A DNA stretch of 64,000 nucleotides, taken from positions 160,001 through 224,000 of the forward strand of contig CAVYYI010000002.1 of assembly GCA_963772725.1 (NCBI GenBank). The letters run 5' to 3'. Both the position numbers and the translations under genes were made by a program. This stretch comes from an uncultured Phycisphaerales bacterium. GTDB lineage: Bacteria; Planctomycetota; Phycisphaerae; Sedimentisphaerales; Anaerobacaceae. The notes under the pieces are model-generated. The model worked only from the letters and a program-made list of their open reading frames with translations, was not told where the DNA came from and searched no databases. Position 1 is the first letter of the stretch, and the number at the start of each line of letters is the position of its first letter. Of this stretch, positions 57,692 to 64,000 are shown piece by piece.

Positions 57692-57928
57692 ATGAATACA
57701 TACAAATTGAAAGACATAGTCGGTTACATTCGCAGCTTCGGCAAGTTACCAATGGACGTGTACGGTCAGAGGTTATCGGTTGAGCAGCTTATGGAGTGGT
57801 TTGGTCTGGCTGAAAGTCTCACAGTTTATGAGCAGCAAAATGTCAAAATTGAACTGGCCTTGATGATAGAATCGGAGTTGTACATTGAGAGTGTTAAACA
57901 GGCTGAGCAGTTGAGTGCTTTTTCGTAG
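57692..57928 (+). CDS. Small hypothetical protein (paralog of 59573..59815)
   Basis: RBS GGAGGT; aligns over its length with the 59573 protein. Confidence 0.8.
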   Translation: MNTYKLKDIVGYIRSFGKLPMDVYGQRLSVEQLMEWFGLAESLTVYEQQNVKIELALMIESELYIESVKQAEQLSAFS

Positions 57929-57943
57929 TTTCTTTTTTTTGGC

Positions 57944-58092
57944 CGCTCCGGCCCATGCAGACCTTTTATCGTAAATCTCTCCCCGCCTGCGGGCGGGGTA
58001 GGCCTTACGGCCTAAAAATTTATCGAAGGGTTTGCTCTACGAGCCTTCGCTTTGCTGTTATTGTCGGTTCACTAATAAACAGGTGAACCGCC
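57944..58092. repeat. Structured repeat, copy B
   Basis: 429-bp offset duplicate of 57515-57661. Confidence 0.85.
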
Positions 58093-58122
58093 AATGGAAC
58101 GGTGCAGCTCGGAGGTACGAAA

Positions 58123-58320
58123 ATGTGTATAGGAGCAGATGAAGTTAATCCGCTTTGCGATGAGTGCTTTGCGAAATTGAAGTATCTGAAAAATGGTGAG
58201 GAATTTGAACCCTGCGAACACTGTAAGAAATCTCTGGAGCATTATTGCGAATGCTGTATGACTTACAAAAAAGACGAGATGATGGAAAACGGATGCTGTA
58301 AAAAATGCAGAGGTGAATAA
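58123..58320 (+). CDS. Small Cys-rich (Zn-finger-like) protein
   Basis: RBS GGAGGT before ATG 58123; CDEC, CEHC, CECC and CKKC motifs. Confidence 0.7.
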   Translation: MCIGADEVNPLCDECFAKLKYLKNGEEFEPCEHCKKSLEHYCECCMTYKKDEMMENGCCKKCRGE

Positions 58321-58396
58321 AAAACACCTGGCTTACGTTATAATCGTTTAATTCCGCCTTTCGTAATGACTTGCCGAAAGGCGGAGTTGATTACAA

Positions 58397-58507
58397 ATGA
58401 AGAAAAAATGGTGTTATTGGTGTCCTGTGAGATTGAGCAATCCTGGAATTTTAGATTTTTGCAGTGGACCGTGCCCTGAAGAAGCATATGTTGAGGTAAA
58501 CAAGTAA
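58397..58507 (+). CDS. 36-aa Cys-containing microprotein (absent from ORF track)
   Basis: GGAG 10 nt before the ATG; MKKKWCYWCPVRLSNPGILDFCSGPCPEEAYVEVNK*. Confidence 0.55.
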   Translation: MKKKWCYWCPVRLSNPGILDFCSGPCPEEAYVEVNK

Positions 58508-58919
58508 GTCAGTTTTTTTAATACAAAAACCAAAAGCTTTTACGGCTTAAACCCCTTTGGTTTAAGAATCCTGCAAATAGTTGATTTTTTCGAAGTTTCG
58601 GGGGCGGGCCGCTGATTTACTCCCTAATTATGATTTTCGGTTTTCAATAATACTGCTCGAAGGCATTCGAGCCTATCTATTTTTCTGCGGAAAACCGTAA
58701 ATCATTTACGGGATTAAATCACCAGCCCCGCTCCAGCCAGAAACTTCAAAAAAATCAAGGCCGTGCTTCCGCCTTCTCATCTAATAGGGAGAGCCGGTAT
58801 TTATAATAAACAATTTTACACCGGCTGCTTGCTATTAGGTTCGAAGGCGGACTCCACGGCCTTTTTCCTTCCCCCTCCGTCTTTCGCAATAGATTGTCGA
58901 AAGACGGAGGTTGTTTCAG

Positions 58920-59495
58920 ATGAAAAAAGAAACAAAATTTGAAGTGTATGAGGATGTAGAGGTAGCTGAGTCGCCGCTTCTCAGACGCAAACGCAGCAAC
59001 AGATACGGCAGCATACCAGACCTCGATAACGAGGACTTAATAGAGCCGGCAGAGATTGAAAGGATATTTATGAAGGAGGCTTTCGCCCCTATACTGGCTT
59101 TGCCTGTAAAGACCCGCAAAGGCTGGATTAGACCGAATGTCGATGAGGATGGTACAATCGAATTGGGTGCTTTTGCAACGGTTGATTTTGACAGGTACGT
59201 AGATTTTGACAAGGCATTGTACAAGGCAGAAAAACTCAAGGAAGAGCTTTATAATGAGCGGCTTATGATGGAGATGATAAGCGAGAAGATAAAAACCAAG
59301 GCAAAGTACAAAGTGATAAAGTATGTTTCGATGGGCATCATTGATGTCGATGACATCAATGACGTTAATATGTACTGCCTGGCCAAGCGGTGTCTGCGGG
59401 CAAGACGGTTGCAGCGTGAGATTGCAGAACTTCAGGAGCAAAGCAGGAAGAGACGCCAGGCAATGGCAGAGAAGTTTTTGGAGTCGCTGGATTAG
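58920..59495 (+). CDS. Hypothetical protein
   Basis: GGAGG before ATG 58920; charged, coiled-coil-like C-terminus; no family recognised. Confidence 0.75.
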   Translation: MKKETKFEVYEDVEVAESPLLRRKRSNRYGSIPDLDNEDLIEPAEIERIFMKEAFAPILALPVKTRKGWIRPNVDEDGTIELGAFATVDFDRYVDFDKALYKAEKLKEELYNERLMMEMISEKIKTKAKYKVIKYVSMGIIDVDDINDVNMYCLAKRCLRARRLQREIAELQEQSRKRRQAMAEKFLESLD

Positions 59496-59572
59496 CGACT
59501 CCGGTTTTTGCTGCATCGGTTCACTATAGAGAAAGTGAACCGACTCAGCTTGGTTGAATCGGAGGGATTGAA

Positions 59573-59815
59573 ATGAACATATACAAAAAGCAGGACATCG
59601 TTGCCTTTGTACGCAGACAGGGAAAGCTTCCTACTGACCAATTCGGCCAGATTTTATCTGTGGATGACCTTATGTCGTGGTTTGAGCTGGATGAGTGTCT
59701 TAACCGGTATGAGCAGGAGGTTATCAAAAAAGAGCTGGCTGCACTGGTTGATGCCGAGCAGGCTTTGGAGAAGCTCAAGCTGATGGAATTGGCTCGCACA
59801 AATATGTCATCGTAA
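59573..59815 (+). CDS. Small hypothetical protein (paralog of 57692..57928)
   Basis: RBS GGAGG; shared MNxYKxxDIVxxxRxxGKLPxDxxGQxLSVxxLMxWFxLxExLxxYEQ. Confidence 0.8.
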   Translation: MNIYKKQDIVAFVRRQGKLPTDQFGQILSVDDLMSWFELDECLNRYEQEVIKKELAALVDAEQALEKLKLMELARTNMSS

Positions 59816-59922
59816 ACTTTCCCTTGTCATGCTCCGTTTTCGACGTTGGGCTGCTGCCGCCGATTGAAATCGGCGGCTTCTTCCCAACTTTCAGGGGGCC
59901 TGCGGCCCCCTGACCCCCATTT

Positions 59923-61168
59923 GAGACCTCTGAAAAACTATGCATTTTTTACAAAACATTAATGCAATTATCAGCGGATATGATATAATGCGTCCATTCA
60001 ATAGTCAATTTTATTGCATGGAGGCAAAGATTATGGAACGCACAAGCAATCAACCAACATTTCTCGACAGTTTAACCTCTGACCTCGGCGGTCGTCGCAC
60101 TGCTCAATTTTTTCAAAAATGCGACCAGCTTATACCATGGAACGAACTTGCTGAGCCGTTAAGGGATATGTACAAGAACAACACCGACAAAGGCGGAGCA
60201 TCGAATTATCCACTTGTAATGATGATAAAATGCATAATGCTGCAAAAGTGGTTTAATCTTTCCGACCCGATGCTCGAAGAGATGCTCTGTGACCGTATAT
60301 CCTTCAGACGATTTGTAGGCCTTAAGATGGAACAGGATGCACCTGATGAAACTACTTTTGTGCAGTTTCGCAAGCGTCTTAATATAAACGGCCATATAGC
60401 TACATTATTTGATAAGACTATCGCCATACTCAAAAGTCGCGGCGTTATACTCGAGGAAGGGACCTGTGTTGATGCCACTATAATAGAAGCGCCTCGCGGC
60501 AGAACTGGCAAAGACGGTATTTCCAGCACCAAAGACAAGGCGGCAGGTTATACGAAAAAGCGTGGCAGAATATATCACGGCTATAAGGGCCATATTGCTA
60601 CTGACTGTAACGGCATGATTAAAGACTACCGTTTCGATACCGCCTCAACCCATGACAGCAGGTATATTGACGAACTTGTCGAGGATGAGAAGGACAGTGT
60701 CTTTGCTGATAGTGCATATATGGATAAAGACCGAAAGGCAAAACTGGAGGAACGCGGCGTGTTCTGCGGAATTATTCAAAAACGAGTTCGCGGCCAGAAG
60801 GAATTAACAGCCTCACAGAAATTGCATAACCGTCTGGTGGCGGGAATTCGGGCGGTGGTTGAACATCCGTTTGCGTGGATGAAGAATACCGGCTACGGCA
60901 GGACTCGATATCGAGGTATGAGGCGTAACGCCTTTGATTTTGGGTTACATGTAATAGCGTACAATTGGAAAAGGAGTTTTAGCCTGGTGAGTATTGCCGG
61001 ATAACGGACAAAGCCGGCGATAAGTGTACAAAAAGATATACCAAAGGCATAAAAGAATCCTTTGGTAAGGCGAGAAAACAGTTTTTGCGGTGTATCGAAA
61101 TAATTTTTCGAAGCACTTCAAGCAAAAATATAAGAGAATAATAAAATGTGAGGTTTTTCAGAGGTCTC
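59923..61168 (+). mobile_element. IS5-family element, copy 2 (intact transposase 60033..61004)
   Basis: Same 16-bp IR as copy 1, 4-bp TSD ATTT, and DDE motifs plus VEHPF. Confidence 0.95.
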
Positions 61169-61291
61169 ATTTGTCAAATTATGATTTCTTTAAGATTTAC
61201 TGAAAAGTTTATAAGCTCGCCAAGACCCTCTTAACACAATGGTGGTAAGAGGGTCTTTCACGTCAGATGAAGGATACCCGAGGTAAATAAA

Positions 61292-61579
61292 ATGAATGGA
61301 CAACAAACACCCATAGCCAAGTTTCAGGCCGGTCAGGTCTCAGCGGCTCTTTGGGAAAACCAGGTGGAAATAAAGGGCAGAGCCGTCACTCTGTTAAAGG
61401 CAACGGTACAGCGAAGATACAAGGACAGGGACGGCAACTGGCAGTCTTCGGGGTCGTTTGGCAGGAACGAAATACCGCTGGCTATCTACTGCCTTCAGAA
61501 GGCATTTGAGAAGATTATCGAAAACCAAAAAGACAAATCTAACGGAGATAATGTGGAAGAGATTTCGATGGTGGAGTGA
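61292..61579 (+). CDS. Small protein, possibly ssDNA-binding (PC4/SSB-like)
   Basis: PIAKFQAGQVSAALWEN...VQRRYKDRDGNWQSSGSF motif with an acidic tail; function inferred. Confidence 0.65.
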   Translation: MNGQQTPIAKFQAGQVSAALWENQVEIKGRAVTLLKATVQRRYKDRDGNWQSSGSFGRNEIPLAIYCLQKAFEKIIENQKDKSNGDNVEEISMVE

Positions 61580-61651
61580 CAGTATGAAAGCCCTCTTCTC
61601 TCGAATGCGAAGAGGGCTTGTCGCTTCTTATAACAAGTCGAAGGTGAAAAA

Positions 61652-61943
61652 ATGGAAAAAAACAAAAAATGTCAATGAAGCCAGCCCACGGGCTTTACCT
61701 GTAGTTTTGTATAAGGGTGAGCAGTATTTTGCAGACCTACAGCTTAACGAATTCAGGCCTGTTCAGGGACTATTGGAATCGATACCTTTTGACGGTGAAG
61801 AAGGCAGGATTATGTGCAGGGATATCGGTGTAGTTATCTGCAAAAGTTGCGGAATGAGTGCGATTATTTCAAAGGTTTTTGAAGAGAAACAGCTTCGATG
61901 TATGCAATGTTTCAGCCGTGAGCTTGCACCGTTGTATGAATAA
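61652..61943 (+). CDS. Small protein with C-terminal zinc ribbon (probable +1 A error near 61660)
   Basis: AAGGTG before ATG 61652; removing one A gives MEKTKNVNEASPRALPVV...CKSC...CMQC. Confidence 0.6.
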
Positions 61944-62023
61944 TAAGGAATTGTAACGCCGGCGGTTTTGCGGTCAATCGGCCCAACCGCCATATTATTA
62001 CGGCAAGGATGGAGATGGGAAAA

Positions 62024-62347
62024 ATGCAAATGGAAACAAACCAGATATCGCGGGACTGGACAATCCTGCACAACGGCAGAAAATTCTATGTGAACTACAC
62101 TGACAGCGACGGCCAGACACTAGCATTGCTCAATAGAAATAACTGGGAGGTTTTAGAAGAAACTGATGAGGGAACAGAAGAACTGGATATGTATAGCTTC
62201 AGCACCGACACACTGCAGCGAAAGAAAGCCGTAGAGGAGAATATCAGACTCGCTGAGGAACTGATAAAATTCTGCGTCAAGAACTGGGACAATAAGTTTA
62301 TGCAGGAAATAAAGAAAGAGATGGAACAGCAGCTCAACATTCCTTAA
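62024..62347 (+). CDS. Small acidic hypothetical protein
   Basis: GGAG 9 nt before ATG 62024; E/D-rich core. Confidence 0.7.
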   Translation: MQMETNQISRDWTILHNGRKFYVNYTDSDGQTLALLNRNNWEVLEETDEGTEELDMYSFSTDTLQRKKAVEENIRLAEELIKFCVKNWDNKFMQEIKKEMEQQLNIP

Positions 62348-62517
62348 TTCAGACAGTCCTCACAGACTTGGCTCAGCCATTTTTCAAACTCGATGCCGGC
62401 CACGATAGACTCTTTTTCCCCGGGGGCGGCCCTTGAATATTCTCTGGACAGTCTGGCCGCTCTATTGTCGGAGTTCTGCTGCAGAAGCCGTAATATTTGT
62501 TCTTTCATTTTTCGCAT
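62344..62517 (-). CDS. Possible 57-aa hypothetical protein
   Basis: MRKMKEQILRLLQQNSDNRAARLSREYSRAAPGEKESIVAGIEFEKWLSQVCEDCLN*; convergent stop overlap with the previous gene. Confidence 0.4.
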   Translation of the reverse strand: MRKMKEQILRLLQQNSDNRAARLSREYSRAAPGEKESIVAGIEFEKWLSQVCEDCLN

Positions 62518-62705
62518 AATAGATCACCGGCACAGGGAGAAGCCATTTACTTTATAAATCTTTTGCAGATTTGCCGGATGCCTGGTTTTTATCCTTCAGC
62601 AGCCACCTGGCCATCTTATTTACCGGTCAGTAGCAACGAAAACCGGAAGATTTAAATACTCGGGCGTATTTACTACCGAAAAGGAATAATTTAAAAGGTG
62701 GTAAA

Positions 62706-63320
62706 ATGGATGAAATCGCTCTGGCAAAAGGCCCCGTCTTCGACGTGGGATATGTACCGTATTTTTACCAGTCAGGAAAATTTCTATTCTATAGTCTGCC
62801 AGCCAAACCCCCAGTAAGAGAACCATTAAATCAAGCGTACGCCCGGTATGATTTTACCTCCGACATAATGTCTAAAAGGAACTGGCCAAGACAAACAACA
62901 GTAGAAGATATTATCAGCAGAGGCTATTTCGCTGCTCCGCAATCCGAGCCTGAGATGGCAATCATTTCTGATAAAAAGCACACCTCAAAACTTGGTCTTG
63001 ATGATGTAATCAGCCAGGTAAGAAACAGATACCAGATTTACGAAAAAAACATGTACCAACTCGAATTGGGCAAGTGCTATGCGCTAAATTCAATTTTTTC
63101 TGTTGAGGCTGATCGTGGCGGGGTGAGAATGAGCAGTCGTGAAGCATATAGTCTCAGCAAGAGTCTGCGAGAGTTTTATGAGCAGCAGCGTGATGAACGA
63201 AAAAGTCTCTGGGCTGACGTTTCAAAACTGAAACTTCTATTGCCGGAACAGGCACAAAGCTATCTTTCCTCATACAGGAAGCTGTCGATTTTAGATGGTC
63301 TGGAAGGTGATGAACCTTGA
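62706..63320 (+). CDS. Hypothetical protein coupled to the ATPase
   Basis: 204-aa ORF whose stop overlaps the next ATG (TGATG). Confidence 0.75.
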   Translation: MDEIALAKGPVFDVGYVPYFYQSGKFLFYSLPAKPPVREPLNQAYARYDFTSDIMSKRNWPRQTTVEDIISRGYFAAPQSEPEMAIISDKKHTSKLGLDDVISQVRNRYQIYEKNMYQLELGKCYALNSIFSVEADRGGVRMSSREAYSLSKSLREFYEQQRDERKSLWADVSKLKLLLPEQAQSYLSSYRKLSILDGLEGDEP

Positions 63321-64000
63321 TGACAAGAGTTCAGGAACTATGCCGCAAGTTAAAGCCTGTTTTAGGCAAAAAGATAGATCGCTTATGGAGAGCCTATTTA
63401 TCTGAATCAGACCCCGGGGGCAAGGCCGATGTCGAACAGACACTGGAACTTCTGGCGGCAAAATATCTGGGTACAGATTTTGAATTCGACCGCTCGCCTT
63501 TCACGCCGCCGCCAAAGGAGTTTGCTGCAGCCGGGGATATTGAGCTTGGTGCCGTCTCCTACGCAAATAAGAAGTTGTATCCCTTCTTTTTCAAAAGCAA
63601 CCGCCTGAAGGAACATATCCTTGTAGCCGGCAGGAGCGGCTCTGGCAAGACCAATCTTACATTCGTGCTTATGCAGGGCATTATGTCCCGCGGTATTAAG
63701 GTACTCGCCCTGGATTGGAAACGAGGATACCGGGACCTGATGAGCCTCTATCCCGAACTTCGTGTTTATACCGTTGGCAGAGACATATCGCCATTGCGGT
63801 TCAATCCTCTGATACCGCCTGCCGGCTGTGAGCCTCATATCTGGATTAAACTTATTGTTGATGTTATTGCCAATTCATATCTTGGCGGAGAAGGTGTCAT
63901 CAGCTTATTAGTTGCGGGACTTGACCATTTGTACCGCGAGGCCGGGGTATTCGATAAACAGCAAAATCGATGGCCGACAATCCAGGATTTACTTGTCTGG
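63320..64000 (+). CDS. HerA/DUF87/VirD4-like P-loop ATPase (3'-truncated by window; absent from ORF track)
   Basis: MTRVQELCRKLKP...EHILVAGRSGSGKTNL...VLALDWKRGYRDL...LRFNPL...WPTIQDL, open to the window edge. Confidence 0.85.
   Translation, partial: MTRVQELCRKLKPVLGKKIDRLWRAYLSESDPGGKADVEQTLELLAAKYLGTDFEFDRSPFTPPPKEFAAAGDIELGAVSYANKKLYPFFFKSNRLKEHILVAGRSGSGKTNLTFVLMQGIMSRGIKVLALDWKRGYRDLMSLYPELRVYTVGRDISPLRFNPLIPPAGCEPHIWIKLIVDVIANSYLGGEGVISLLVAGLDHLYREAGVFDKQQNRWPTIQDLLVW

Larger units (their letters stand above)
28649..64000. mobile_element. Integrative element / genomic island inserted at tRNA-Val (continues past right edge)
   Basis: tRNA fragment next to an integrase and excisionase, arm-like repeats CTGTCTAAA (28853, 28864), defence cargo, Replic_Relax protein and HerA-like ATPase. 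Confidence 0.8.

Noticed and set aside
57515..62347. Integron cassette array (hairpin plus small gene units)
   Set aside because: The hairpins lack GTTRRRY/RYYYAAC attC ends and are positioned relative to downstream starts; the integrase shows no recognisable IntI features.

Overview
The window is from a bacterium that is probably a planctomycete (Phycisphaerae-like). This is inferred from a PEP-CTERM tail IPEPMTIVLLGLGGLLLRRRK, a dockerin-like protein and a DUF1570 protein. Many ordinary genes carry single-base frameshifts, most likely long-read indel errors. Region 1-5522 holds an Fe3+-type ABC importer operon with a ChrB-like protein and an OprB-like porin, ending at a tRNA-Ser 3'-end remnant (possible att site). 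Region 5548-28600 is host backbone (ychF, four-helix-bundle gene, fumarase beta subunit, sulfatase-TPR, MFS/spermidine-synthase fusion, PEP-CTERM, rodA, murJ, STAS proteins) with one IS21 and one IS5. From 28649 to past the right edge lies an integrative element inserted at tRNA-Val(CAC). It carries a tyrosine integrase and excisionase, AbiE TA, a metallophosphoesterase and Fic. It also carries a decayed DISARM-like operon (C5 methylase coupled to drmD) hit by two IS21 and two IS66, followed by recQ, a Replic_Relax protein, an iteron-like array and a HerA/DUF87-like ATPase. The most unusual feature is 57.5-62.4 kb, an array of tiny co-oriented unknown genes each preceded by its own stem-loop. 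The stem-loops fall into three sequence families, sit at fixed distances from the start codon and show one compensatory base change. They are interspersed with long branched hairpins, suggesting an ssDNA-promoter or structured-RNA controlled early-gene (leading-region-like) module.
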